The notes under the pieces are model-generated. The model was given only the letters and a program-made list of their open reading frames with translations. It was not told the origin of the DNA and searched no databases. The position numbers were made by a program, and so were the translations under genes. DNA of 37,571 bases from the IMG/VR virus record IMGVR_UViG_3300028805_000083, positions 1 through 37,571 of that record. One strand, given 5' to 3'. The DNA comes from a virus. Its lineage: Duplodnaviria; Heunggongvirae; Uroviricota; Caudoviricetes. The first letter of the stretch is position 1, and each line of letters starts with the position of its first letter. This document shows positions 1 through 8,192 of the stretch, piece after piece.

Positions 1-112
1 CCACCTCTTCCAAGGTGTACGAGCCTACCTTACGCTTGTTGTTGTTCACCATGTCCACAGCAATCTCATGCTGCTCGGTGCTCAAATCGAAACTTTTAAT
101 TTCCTTGTTCAT
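1..112 (-). CDS. hypothetical protein (runs off the window edge)
   Basis: ATG at 112, open to the edge (MNKEIKSFDLSTEQHEIAVDM...), directly downstream of promoter 160-192. Confidence 0.75.
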   Translation of the reverse strand, partial: MNKEIKSFDLSTEQHEIAVDMVNNNKRKVGSYTLEEV

Positions 113-159
113 ACTGCTTTTACTTTTTAATTGTTAATACTGCTTTGTTGTTTGTTGAT

Positions 160-192
160 GCAAAGGTACGAAATTATTTTGAAATAACCAAA
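160..192 (-). promoter_or_regulatory. Bacteroidetes primary-sigma promoter (-33 TTTG / -7 TACCTTTG)
   Basis: Reverse complement TTTGgttatttcaaaataatttcgTACCTTTGC. Confidence 0.85.
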
Positions 193-196
193 TATT

Positions 197-337
197 TTAG
201 GAATTATTTTCAATTTTTCTAATAAGTTCCCTTGTCTCCATCATCTTTATTTTCTTTCTTAATTTGTTATTGTCGTGTATAAGCATGAAAACAATACACA
301 TCTGCACAACAGATAAAAATGCAATTAACTGCTCCAT
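197..337 (-). CDS. small membrane peptide, 46 aa
   Basis: Manual translation MEQLIAFLSVVQMCIVFMLIHDNNKLRKKIK...; own promoter at 385-417. Confidence 0.6.
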   Translation of the reverse strand: MEQLIAFLSVVQMCIVFMLIHDNNKLRKKIKMMETRELIRKIENNS

Positions 338-384
338 AACTCTAATCTTTTAATTAATAGAATACTGCTTTGTTGTTTTGTGTT

Positions 385-417
385 GCAAAGGTACGAAATT
401 ATTTTGAATTAACCAAA
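385..417 (-). promoter_or_regulatory. Bacteroidetes sigma promoter
   Basis: Same 33-bp motif. Confidence 0.85.
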
Positions 418-442
418 TTATTTTGGATGAAAATTTGTTAAA

Positions 443-478
443 AAACAACGATGGGCTTACCTCACGGCAAACCCATCA
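443..478 (-). terminator. intrinsic terminator
   Basis: GATGGG...CCCATC stem with an A-run on its left (U-tract on the minus strand), downstream of the tRNA-like gene. Confidence 0.55.
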
Positions 479-546
479 TCCAACTAAAAACCTAACAATT
501 CAAATTATGGAAAACAAAGAGCGTTATTACAACGCAACGAGCATAG

Positions 547-620
547 CACCCCTTGTAGGACTCGAACCTACGACCCTCGGTTGTTGGCAACCGATGCTCT
601 ACCAACTGAGCTATCAAGGC
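547..620 (-). tRNA. aberrant/pseudo tRNA, isotype undetermined (Trp-CCA-like or Gly-GCC-like)
   Basis: Canonical D arm (TAGCTCAGTTGGTAGAGC) and T arm (GTAGGTTCGAGTCCTAC), but an 8-nt anticodon loop (TCGGT-TGCCAACA-ACCGA) and a poorly paired acceptor stem. Confidence 0.7.
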
Positions 621-621
621 A

Positions 622-950
622 AAATGGGGATGGGCAACGGCAAGTCAAAATCGGCAACCACTCGGCACTGCCCTTTAATCCCCTTGTTAAATGTTAATAA
701 AAACCTCGTCTCTAAACCAACCTCTCTACTTTGCTGATAGAAATGTGCGCACGTTATCACATTTGGAGGGGGTGGATAAACTTGGCAAGGTAATGACCGA
801 AGATGCCCCAAAATGAACACCCAATGTAGCGGCTTTTAATAGCGGCTTGGGGGTGAATTGATGTGCCTATCGGAAGTGGCGATTATATGCAATACGGCAA
901 ACGCTCACTTGGCACTTAACGGCAGGGCTTAGATAGCGGTCTCTAAGTTT
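622..950 (-). ncRNA. candidate structured non-coding RNA, about 330 nt
   Basis: GC-richer segment with no convincing ORF and several stems (GTGCC/GGCAC+AAGTG/CACTT; AAATGTG/CACATTT; GGGGAT/ATCCCC+GGGCA/TGCCC), abutting the tRNA-like gene. Confidence 0.5.
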
Positions 951-1126
951 TTCTATTAGTCTTAATTAAATCAGTGTTATAATGTATTCCCTTAATAGTA
1001 TTTCTTTTTCATAACGTATAAGTTTTATATTTCGGCATTAAAATATATAATAAATAATAATTCTTATATCCCTTAATTGGGCGGAGGTCTTTCCATTATT
1101 CTCTCTGCTTTAATAGGTTTGACATT

Positions 1127-1303
1127 TTAGCGCATCTTGACGATGTTGTACAACTGCGTCTGCTTGGTGATTGGCTCACCAGTCTTTTTGTCGTACATCT
1201 GCTGACCATTCTCGTCCAAAGCGTAGTCTGTGCGCTTCTTTGATGGCACTGCCACCACTCGGTTGTTTCTAATGGCTTTGTTAAGCCTTTTCTGTCCACT
1301 CAT
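1127..1303 (-). CDS. hypothetical protein, 58 aa
   Basis: Manual translation MSGQKRLNKAIRNNRVVAVPSKKRTDYALDENGQQMYDKKTGEP...; below the track cutoff; promoter at 1351-1383. Confidence 0.7.
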   Translation of the reverse strand: MSGQKRLNKAIRNNRVVAVPSKKRTDYALDENGQQMYDKKTGEPITKQTQLYNIVKMR

Positions 1304-1350
1304 AGTTGCATTGTTTTTTATTTGTTATTTATTTTGTTTTCTTTCTCGAT

Positions 1351-1383
1351 GCAAAGATACGAAATTTTTTTGAAACTACCAAA
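1351..1383 (-). promoter_or_regulatory. Bacteroidetes sigma promoter
   Basis: -7 TATCTTTG, -33 TTTG. Confidence 0.85.
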
Positions 1384-1408
1384 TTTTTTAGTAGAAAATT
1401 AACAATAT

Positions 1409-1639
1409 TTAGCAATATTCTTTCTGTTCTTCAATAAATTCCTCTACCTCAACTTGCTCTTTGATGTCAGCGTTAAGTTTTTCCTCGTCAATATCAGAGA
1501 AATCATTGTCTCTGTCAGAACGATAGTCGTTGAGCGTTTTGCCATAGAGTTCGCATACAAACTCTCCGTCCTCTGTCACGCCAAGACCACTTATTGTCTA
1601 TCTCACTTGGTAGCCTAATTCTGTTTCGTAGATGCCCAT
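1409..1639 (-). pseudogene. 76-codon acidic hypothetical ORF interrupted by an in-frame TAG at codon 14
   Basis: MGIYETELGYQVR*TISGLGVTEDGEFVCELYGKTLNDY...KEYC-TAA; own promoter. Confidence 0.65.
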
Positions 1640-1666
1640 AATTATTATTGTTTTTTGTTTTGTGAT

Positions 1667-1699
1667 GCAAAGGTACGAAAAAAAATTGAATCGACCAAA
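1667..1699 (-). promoter_or_regulatory. Bacteroidetes sigma promoter
   Basis: Same 33-bp motif. Confidence 0.85.
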
Positions 1700-1787
1700 T
1701 AATTTCGCAACTTTTTTTGATTTTTTTTTCAAAGGTGGTGGGGATGATACCCCACACACCTTATTATATTAGATGATACTTACAGCC

Positions 1788-2363
1788 TTATGCGTTTGCA
1801 ACTGCAGGCTCCATAGCGGTCTCGGCTGCTGCCAACTCCGATTCCTCGGTCTTTTTGGCAATGCCCATGCCCTCAACGATAGCCTTGGCATTTTTCACAT
1901 CAATCTTGGGGTTGCTCTCCATGAGTTCCATTGCAGCCTTGAAGTCCTTGGTCTTGGTGCTGAACTTGTCGTAGAAACGACACAGAGCATGAGCCACGTT
2001 GGGGTTGCGGAACAACTTTTCGTTCTTGTGGTACTTGGCAAAGAGTTTCAGCCATGAGAAAATCTTCTCGGCTTTCTTCTCGTCAATCTTGGTGTAGCCA
2101 TCCTCAAACACCTCCTTGCGGTGTGCGTTCTTACCTACTGCGAAATACACAAGGTAAGTGATAGGATAGTTTCCGTTAGCCACCGACAACTCAACGAGTT
2201 TCTTGCAGATGTCAATGTGTTGCTGACGAAGTGCCTTGTGCTGCGGAAGTGTAAACCATATTGGCATTTTCACACCCTTACCACCATTATTCTCTGCCAC
2301 AAGACGAACACGTGTGTCAAGTGAAAACTTTTCCTTTTTTGTTTTTGTCTCTGTCTTTGCCAT
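1788..2363 (-). CDS. hypothetical protein, 191 aa
   Basis: Long ORF with promoter and AGGAGA upstream. Confidence 0.85.
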   Translation of the reverse strand: MAKTETKTKKEKFSLDTRVRLVAENNGGKGVKMPIWFTLPQHKALRQQHIDICKKLVELSVANGNYPITYLVYFAVGKNAHRKEVFEDGYTKIDEKKAEKIFSWLKLFAKYHKNEKLFRNPNVAHALCRFYDKFSTKTKDFKAAMELMESNPKIDVKNAKAIVEGMGIAKKTEESELAAAETAMEPAVANA

Positions 2364-2417
2364 AGTTTTAATCTCCTATTTTTTAATTGTTTGACTTATT
2401 GTTATTTCTTTTGTGAT

Positions 2418-2450
2418 GCAAAGGTACGAAAAAAATTTGAATCTACCAAA
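2418..2450 (-). promoter_or_regulatory. Bacteroidetes sigma promoter
   Basis: Same 33-bp motif. Confidence 0.85.
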
Positions 2451-2485
2451 TAATTTCTTATAAAAATCAGGCTCTTTAACCCTTT

Positions 2486-2941
2486 TTAACAAATGAGTTC
2501 AGATATTGTTGTGAAATCGCACACATGATAAACGTTATCCGCTTCATCACCATCTTCAAAATATGAACTTTGCAGCCATTCTGAAAGAGTTATTTCCATA
2601 AGGTGTTTGTCCTCAAAACGCACCCATACTTCATAGGTTTTTTCCTCAATGGTGAAATATGCAATGTAGCCGCCATTACCCTCTCTATCGAAATAATGCC
2701 TATTGATTTTGATGTCAAACACCCTCAGTGTTTCTAAAGGTGTGTCACCCTCTCCCAATGTTACTTTGTTTTTTATACCAATGGTGGCATAAACCCCACA
2801 AGGAGCAACATCTTTTCTCTTATCGGTATCATGGTAGAGAATGTCCTCAACCACTTTTTTTACCATAGTATTGCCATAGAAAGGGTTTTTGCTCCCATTT
2901 CTTGTTTCGGTCATTTCAACTCTTAACTTTGCTTCTACCAT
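2486..2941 (-). CDS. hypothetical protein, 151 aa
   Basis: ORF with AGGAGA 7 nt upstream. Confidence 0.8.
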   Translation of the reverse strand: MVEAKLRVEMTETRNGSKNPFYGNTMVKKVVEDILYHDTDKRKDVAPCGVYATIGIKNKVTLGEGDTPLETLRVFDIKINRHYFDREGNGGYIAYFTIEEKTYEVWVRFEDKHLMEITLSEWLQSSYFEDGDEADNVYHVCDFTTISELIC

Positions 2942-2962
2942 ATCTTTATCTCCTTTTATTTA

Positions 2963-3256
2963 TTATTTGAAATAAATTTTTGCTACATTAGGACAACTGC
3001 CATCATACTTACATAGATAGTGTTTGCTCACCAATTCTACACCAATTTCCTTAACCAACTTGTCAAGAGAGCGATTAATTCCACGAAGCGTATCACATTT
3101 GAGTTGAATCTCAATGCAACTACTTTCAACAAATATACTTATTGGAGCAACATCTGTGGAACAACCACTCATCCAATGGTGCTTATAGCCGTATTTTTCA
3201 AAGAAATTACTTTCGGTTATATTATCAGCAATTTCTTGTAATCTTTTCTTATCCAT
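2963..3256 (-). CDS. hypothetical protein, 97 aa
   Basis: Start moved to MDKKRLQEIA because the track start lies inside the promoter. Confidence 0.75.
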   Translation of the reverse strand: MDKKRLQEIADNITESNFFEKYGYKHHWMSGCSTDVAPISIFVESSCIEIQLKCDTLRGINRSLDKLVKEIGVELVSKHYLCKYDGSCPNVAKIYFK

Positions 3257-3288
3257 AACTCTAATCTCATTCTTATTGTTTTCTTGGT

Positions 3289-3320
3289 GCAAAGGTACGA
3301 AATTATTTTGAATTGACAAA
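3289..3320 (-). promoter_or_regulatory. Bacteroidetes sigma promoter
   Basis: Same motif. Confidence 0.85.
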
Positions 3321-3362
3321 ACGTTTTGAGGAAAATCTCTGGCTTCTTAACATTTTTTAACA

Positions 3363-3394
3363 AAAAAAATGGGTAGAGATTACTCTCCACCCAT
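3363..3394 (-). terminator. intrinsic terminator
   Basis: ATGGGTaGAGattaCTCtccACCCAT stem with an A8 run. Confidence 0.55.
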
Positions 3395-3435
3395 CGGAAC
3401 AACTAACATAAAACAATAAAAAACTATGAAAAAAC

Positions 3436-3606
3436 TTAGTCTGTTCTAAGTATCTTTGATTCATTTTCACTGCCGATAGTAAACTGACGAATATCAGCGT
3501 CCTCGGCTTTGTCTCTCGCTTTGTCAAGTGCTTCACCCTCGTCATTTGCCAAAACCTCAACAACGATAGAAGCATTATAATTCATTTGTATGGTATATCT
3601 GTGCAT
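3436..3606 (-). CDS. small acidic protein, 56 aa (DpnD/PcfM-like pattern)
   Basis: MHRYTIQMNYNASIVVEVLANDEGEALDKARDKAED...; the V-E-V-x-A-x3-EA pattern resembles DpnD/PcfM-type small proteins. Confidence 0.6.
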   Translation of the reverse strand: MHRYTIQMNYNASIVVEVLANDEGEALDKARDKAEDADIRQFTIGSENESKILRTD

Positions 3607-3640
3607 AATGTTTGTTTTCTTTTGAATTTATAATAGTTTG

Positions 3641-3961
3641 TTATTCTTTTGGCTTAATTTCCTTACCATCCTTATATAAGGTATTGAAAGCCATGAGCAC
3701 ATGAATAACGGTTATTTCCTCCTTATCAGAAATCTCACCAATGTACTCTATAACTGCATCCGATAACTCCTTACTATCCTTAACGGCTTTGAGTTGCGGA
3801 TAAACCATGTCAAAACGATGTCCTCTATAATCTTCGCAAATTGCGTGTCCATCGTAAATATCAAAAGGAATTGGTTTCTTAAAACCCTCTATGTTCAAAT
3901 TCTCGGAACAGACCTTTTTGCCATAGAATTTTTCCCAAATTTTACTTTCGTTGTTATTCAT
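3641..3961 (-). CDS. hypothetical protein, 106 aa
   Basis: ORF downstream of promoter 3992-4024. Confidence 0.8.
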   Translation of the reverse strand: MNNNESKIWEKFYGKKVCSENLNIEGFKKPIPFDIYDGHAICEDYRGHRFDMVYPQLKAVKDSKELSDAVIEYIGEISDKEEITVIHVLMAFNTLYKDGKEIKPKE

Positions 3962-3991
3962 TTCTCAAATAGTTTATTGTTTAATTCTTTG

Positions 3992-4024
3992 GCAAAGATA
4001 TAAAAAAAAAGGGGAAAAACCAAA
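3992..4024 (-). promoter_or_regulatory. Bacteroidetes sigma promoter
   Basis: -7 TATCTTTG, -33 TTTG; overlaps the GGGGA...TCCCC terminator hairpin at 4011-4037. Confidence 0.75.
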
Positions 4025-4079
4025 TTTTGGTCTCCCCAACTTACGTTAAAAAATATTAAAAAGAAGAATGATTATGGAT

Positions 4080-4451
4080 TCAATGTATTTTTATAATAGG
4101 TATCTTTTCTTCATTGTCAAACTTGATTATATAATCCCAATGAGCACCCATAGGGTCTTTGGAAAGCCTAATATAATGTATCTCTGACCTATCCGTTCCA
4201 TCACCATCTAAAACAAATTCATAAGCCTTATACAAGGTCTCAGAACGTGTCTCAGTCTCTATTTCGAGACGATAGCATTCTATGCCACAACCACTTTCGT
4301 AAGTGTCCACATATAGACTATCTTTTACAAAGGTGAAAAGCAATGTGGAATCATTTGTTATAAACTTCGTTGGTGTGGATGTCTGCCCATCAGCACAAGC
4401 AGACAACCCCACTGCTATTAATATTAAAGAAAAAAGAACGAAATTTCTCAT
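4080..4451 (-). CDS. putative lipoprotein, 123 aa
   Basis: Hydrophobic signal ending in the lipobox LSA-C. Confidence 0.7.
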   Translation of the reverse strand: MRNFVLFSLILIAVGLSACADGQTSTPTKFITNDSTLLFTFVKDSLYVDTYESGCGIECYRLEIETETRSETLYKAYEFVLDGDGTDRSEIHYIRLSKDPMGAHWDYIIKFDNEEKIPIIKIH

Positions 4452-4470
4452 TTTGCGTCAAATTTTAATA

Positions 4471-4641
4471 TTACTCAATACTCCAATCAATCACCAACCA
4501 ACCATAGGTGTCTGAAAGGTAATCGTTGATTGCATCATCATCTTTTGGGTCTATGCCATTTGGCAATTCTACTTCGTATGGTAAGCCAAGGCTTTCTTGT
4601 TCAACACCATCTGTTTCCCAAGTAATGTTTGTAATCTTCAT
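4471..4641 (-). CDS. small acidic protein, 56 aa
   Basis: MKITNITWETDGVEQESLGLPYEVELP...YLSDTYGWLVIDWSIE; promoter and AGGAGA upstream. Confidence 0.75.
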   Translation of the reverse strand: MKITNITWETDGVEQESLGLPYEVELPNGIDPKDDDAINDYLSDTYGWLVIDWSIE

Positions 4642-4670
4642 ATCTCTATCTCCTATTGTTTTATTGTGAT

Positions 4671-4703
4671 GTAAAGGTACGAAAAAAAATTGAATCTACC
4701 AAA
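4671..4703 (-). promoter_or_regulatory. Bacteroidetes sigma promoter (variant)
   Basis: Same motif; -7 element reads TACCTTTA. Confidence 0.75.
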
Positions 4704-4734
4704 TATTTTATTAGAAAAATGTGGTGGGGAAATG

Positions 4735-5556
4735 TTAAAATCCCCAATCCACATCTGTTTCGCTATCGAGGTCAATCACAAAAGGTGTCTGTGGTTTGGC
4801 AAAGTGACCGCTTTTGTAGTCGTTTGCAGTCTTATGATAGTGCAAGCCCATGATAGAACTATTAGGGTCAAGATAACGCATATCGTAAGAATTAGCGTCA
4901 ACCACATTCCAACCCCTAAACTGCTTTGGCAGCGTTTCATTCTCGCTATAGAACACAACGGCAACCTTACCACCATGCTGCAAAAACTTCTCGCACTCTT
5001 CCCAGTTATATCCGTCATAACTGAAAGTGAGGTCATAGTTAGGGTATTGTTCCATTAACTTCACTCTGTTGTAAACCTTTGTGTAGTCGTAGAACTGCAC
5101 ATCTGGAAATAACTCCAAAATGTTCTTTCCGCTTATAGGGTCTTTGAAAGCGAGAGGTGAAAGGTCGCTTGTACCATTTAAGCGCACACTAAAGCCATAT
5201 CCCATACGCTTTGCCCTTGCTCGTTTGCTCTCAATCTCATGCACAAGTATCTCCATGAAACGTGCCCTATCCTCATAGAACAACTTAGTTTTCTTGATAC
5301 GTGAACGATTTATCTTAGAGCCTTCCACACCCCTTGCAAGGGTATCACACTTGTTTAGTCCACTTCCGTTAAGGCAGAACTCATGGCAGTGCTGACCTTT
5401 GGGGCAAACATTATGCCCACTCATATTCCAAGGTGCGAGGTACAAGCAATAGGTCATTGTGCCATTCTCAAACGAAAGACGCATCTTTATACTCTGTGCC
5501 ACGTTACCAAGGTAACTAACTCCAATCTCGTTTAATGCTTTTCCGTAACCAATCAT
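4735..5556 (-). CDS. GP88-family (gene product 88-like) protein
   Basis: Motifs YLAP..GHNVCP..C..FCL..SG, VRLNGTSD, FYDYTK, YDLTFS; start moved to MIGYG after AGGAGA. Confidence 0.75.
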   Translation of the reverse strand: MIGYGKALNEIGVSYLGNVAQSIKMRLSFENGTMTYCLYLAPWNMSGHNVCPKGQHCHEFCLNGSGLNKCDTLARGVEGSKINRSRIKKTKLFYEDRARFMEILVHEIESKRARAKRMGYGFSVRLNGTSDLSPLAFKDPISGKNILELFPDVQFYDYTKVYNRVKLMEQYPNYDLTFSYDGYNWEECEKFLQHGGKVAVVFYSENETLPKQFRGWNVVDANSYDMRYLDPNSSIMGLHYHKTANDYKSGHFAKPQTPFVIDLDSETDVDWGF

Positions 5557-5606
5557 CTTTAATCTCCTTTTTAATTTATTGTTTAACGTGTTATCTGTTT
5601 CGTGAT

Positions 5607-5639
5607 GCAAAGGTACGAAATTATTTTGAATTAGCCAAA
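5607..5639 (-). promoter_or_regulatory. Bacteroidetes sigma promoter
   Basis: Same motif, with the 21-bp element at 5649-5669. Confidence 0.85.
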
Positions 5640-5691
5640 CAAAAATCAAATTATTTTCAATTTATAATAATTTTTTTCTGAATTATTTACA

Positions 5692-5726
5692 AAAAAAAGG
5701 ATTTACCATATAGATAAATCCTTTTT
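5692..5726. terminator. intrinsic terminator (bidirectional type)
   Basis: AAAAAGGATTTA...TAAATCCTTTTT. Confidence 0.6.
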
Positions 5727-5815
5727 AATCACCTTCATAAAAAAAGCATACATAGAATATACCAATCACTTCTATTAAGCCTAAAATGCAAGCAATTATA
5801 AAAAGTGTATACATA

Positions 5816-6184
5816 TTATTCTCCTATATATTTCACGCTTGCGGTCTGGCACCCACAATCTTTTCGGTTGCACAGAATGTTATAACCACTAAGCAACGTT
5901 TCGTCATAGGTATTAAGTATCATATCATCGTCAATTCTCTCACCACAATTAGGACAAGTTATAACAAAGTCCTCATAATTGTTTAATGGAAGATAGATGA
6001 TACCAAGTCCAATAAGGCATTTTAAGCCATTCTGAGACACTTTCCCATCATAGATAGCCAAACACCCCTCTACCCCATCAAAACTCTGTGTAAGGGCAAT
6101 CATATCAACATCTATTGCATCATTGATAATCATACCCATTTCTTCAGAGAAAACGTATATTCTAATCAGATATTCTTTATTCAT
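5816..6184 (-). CDS. hypothetical protein with a C-terminal Zn-ribbon-like motif
   Basis: CPNC...CNRKDCGC. Confidence 0.75.
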   Translation of the reverse strand: MNKEYLIRIYVFSEEMGMIINDAIDVDMIALTQSFDGVEGCLAIYDGKVSQNGLKCLIGLGIIYLPLNNYEDFVITCPNCGERIDDDMILNTYDETLLSGYNILCNRKDCGCQTASVKYIGE

Positions 6185-6447
6185 ACCAATTTATTGTTAT
6201 CTTCGCACCAATCATAAACCAACTCTATTGCTTGCTCAAGGCTTACATAAGAGTAAAATGTCCCCTCATGGGCATTATATGACACAAAAGGCTCTCCATT
6301 TACACTATCATCACCTTTTGTAAAATGCCAAGGTATCAAATACCCACAATAGAACACTTCATCACTTCCAATGGTTGTAACACCCATCTGTAATTTATAT
6401 GAATCTATTTTTTTGGGTAACTTTTTAAGTTTATCACTTAATGTCAT
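6181..6447 (-). CDS. hypothetical protein, 88 aa
   Basis: ORF with promoter and AGGAGA; ATGA overlap with the next gene. Confidence 0.8.
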   Translation of the reverse strand: MTLSDKLKKLPKKIDSYKLQMGVTTIGSDEVFYCGYLIPWHFTKGDDSVNGEPFVSYNAHEGTFYSYVSLEQAIELVYDWCEDNNKLV

Positions 6448-6479
6448 ATTCTAATCTCCTATATTTGTTTTATTGTGAT

Positions 6480-6512
6480 GCAAAGGTACGAAAAAAAATT
6501 GAATTAGCAAAA
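6480..6512 (-). promoter_or_regulatory. Bacteroidetes sigma promoter
   Basis: Same motif; adjacent to the ACCCCAACT/AGTTGGGGT terminator hairpin at 6517-6541. Confidence 0.85.
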
Positions 6513-6554
6513 TAAAACCCCAACTTTTTTTGAGTTGGGGTCTATTTTTAACAC

Positions 6555-7655
6555 TTATGCTGCAATTTTCATGCAAAGGTCATACGCACCTTGTACCTTG
6601 TTGTAGATATTTCCGTCAAGGATAGAGTCAAACTTGATTTCTGTGCTGCGCTCTGTCGCTTCATTCTGAAAGTAACTTGTCAGTCCATTCATCAGCCACA
6701 TGGCAGTACCCTTTTCTTGACCCTCTTGACCAATGCCACTTTCAAGGCACTCACGCACACCAAGGAACAAATTGCGTCCTCGTGTCTTGATGTCCTCATG
6801 GTTGATGTTTCTTGTCTCCATGAAAACCTTTGCAGCGTCCTTTGAGAGAACCGTCTGTGCGATAATGTTCTCCAAGTCTCTCTCTGCTAACTTGATGTTG
6901 CGAAGATGGTCGAAGCACTCTTTCATTCCATTAGTGTAAACCTTTGCCACGTTGAGAGCCTTATAAGCGAACTCTGCATTTTCTTGATTAAGCAAATCAA
7001 GTCTATCCATGACCTTAGAAGAATGACGGAAAGCAATACGTCCGATGTTGTCTTTCATTGCCCAATTAAGGGTATTGTTGCAGACTACACGCACTGGAGT
7101 AACCATACAACGAACTGAACCAGTGCCGTCATGTGATGTAGTGAAAACCACATACATATCTACCAAATCGTCACGCTGCGCATCAAGAACAATCTGCTGT
7201 GGGAACTTTGCGGTGACAAATACACGCTCTCCACGTCCTAATACTCCGCAAGTCTCAATTACTGGGGTGTTGTCTCTGTCTGCAAACTTACCGCTACAGA
7301 ACATATCCACGAACTTGAAAGCGGTCTCGTTCTGGACGATACCATATTTGTCGGACACAATGCCAAGTGACTTGTTGGTATCTGTGCGCACGGTTGCCCT
7401 TGTATTGTCGATGATAAGGGAGAGCAACTTGTCTGCTTCAATGCTCTCGCCATTCTCCATTGCATGAACAATCTCGTCAGACAAAGCAACCACTGGCTGC
7501 AACTTCACATTATAGTCAGCATGACACAACTTCAAAGCGTCTGCCACAAACATAGGCTCGTCAACCACTTGTCCAAGTCCATGCCAAGCACGCTCACGCT
7601 TGCCGTTCTCAGCGAAAGATGCTACACCATTTACCATTTCAATCATTGCACTCAT
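6555..7655 (-). CDS. DUF932-domain (TIGR03299-like phage/plasmid) protein
   Basis: AWHGLG, LGIVSDKYGIVQN..AF, ETCGVLGRGERVF, SHDGTGS...TPVRVVCNNTL. Confidence 0.9.
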   Translation of the reverse strand: MSAMIEMVNGVASFAENGKRERAWHGLGQVVDEPMFVADALKLCHADYNVKLQPVVALSDEIVHAMENGESIEADKLLSLIIDNTRATVRTDTNKSLGIVSDKYGIVQNETAFKFVDMFCSGKFADRDNTPVIETCGVLGRGERVFVTAKFPQQIVLDAQRDDLVDMYVVFTTSHDGTGSVRCMVTPVRVVCNNTLNWAMKDNIGRIAFRHSSKVMDRLDLLNQENAEFAYKALNVAKVYTNGMKECFDHLRNIKLAERDLENIIAQTVLSKDAAKVFMETRNINHEDIKTRGRNLFLGVRECLESGIGQEGQEKGTAMWLMNGLTSYFQNEATERSTEIKFDSILDGNIYNKVQGAYDLCMKIAA

Positions 7656-7705
7656 AATAAATCTCCTTTTTGATTAAATTAATAACTATGTTTCTGAATC
7701 ACGAT

Positions 7706-7738
7706 GCAAAGGTACGAAATTATTTTCAATCTACCAAA
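7706..7738 (-). promoter_or_regulatory. Bacteroidetes sigma promoter
   Basis: Same motif, with the 21-bp element at 7748-7768. Confidence 0.85.
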
Positions 7739-7793
7739 CAAAAAATAAATTATTTTCAATTTATAATAGTTTTTTTCTCATTTCTTGACAAAA

Positions 7794-8192
7794 TTACCTT
7801 TTTTTCTTTGGCTTTTTAATGACTTCTACCCTAATTTTCTCTTTCTTGAAATTCTTTTGAGACTTATGCTGCAATATATCTATGTAATGATTAAACCTCT
7901 TATTCATGGTGTCTCGCACTTCATAATACCCATGTCCTTCTATATGAATCACACTACCCAAAGGGATGTACCGAAGCAAATCTCTGCTCACGGCACAATA
8001 TTTAATTTTTCCACTTTTGAGTTTTTTCATGTCAATCTTTGTACCATCAGCAGTAATCAATGGACTATCGTCACATTGACTTGCAACTGCATTATAAGTG
8101 GTTAAAGTAACATGAGTTATAAACTTCTTGTCTTTGGCAAAGGTGACAGAAGCCACCAATGCCATTATAAAGGTGATAAATAACTTTCTCAT
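7794..8192 (-). CDS. secreted 3D-domain (RlpA/MltA-like double-psi barrel) protein
   Basis: Signal peptide; TTYN..ITADG, CAVSRD, IPLGSVIHIEG.G.YEVRDT, IDIL. Confidence 0.85.
   Translation of the reverse strand: MRKLFITFIMALVASVTFAKDKKFITHVTLTTYNAVASQCDDSPLITADGTKIDMKKLKSGKIKYCAVSRDLLRYIPLGSVIHIEGHGYYEVRDTMNKRFNHYIDILQHKSQKNFKKEKIRVEVIKKPKKKR

Noticed and set aside
423-820. Track ORFs 423-737 (+) and 614-820 (-)
   Set aside because: They overlap the tRNA-like gene, terminator and structured RNA, and are not protein-like.
622-950. tmRNA, RNase P or SRP identity for the structured region
   Set aside because: No GGGGNTG...GAC 5' end, tag ORF or T-arm/CCA; no GAGGAAAGTCC or SRP loop motif recognised.
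1096-1299. Track ORF MDRKGLTKPL...
   Set aside because: The alternative frame 1127-1303 has the proper start after the promoter leader and a more protein-like sequence.
1515-1757. Track ORF 1515-1757
   Set aside because: It spans a promoter. The real frame is 1409-1639 with an internal TAG.
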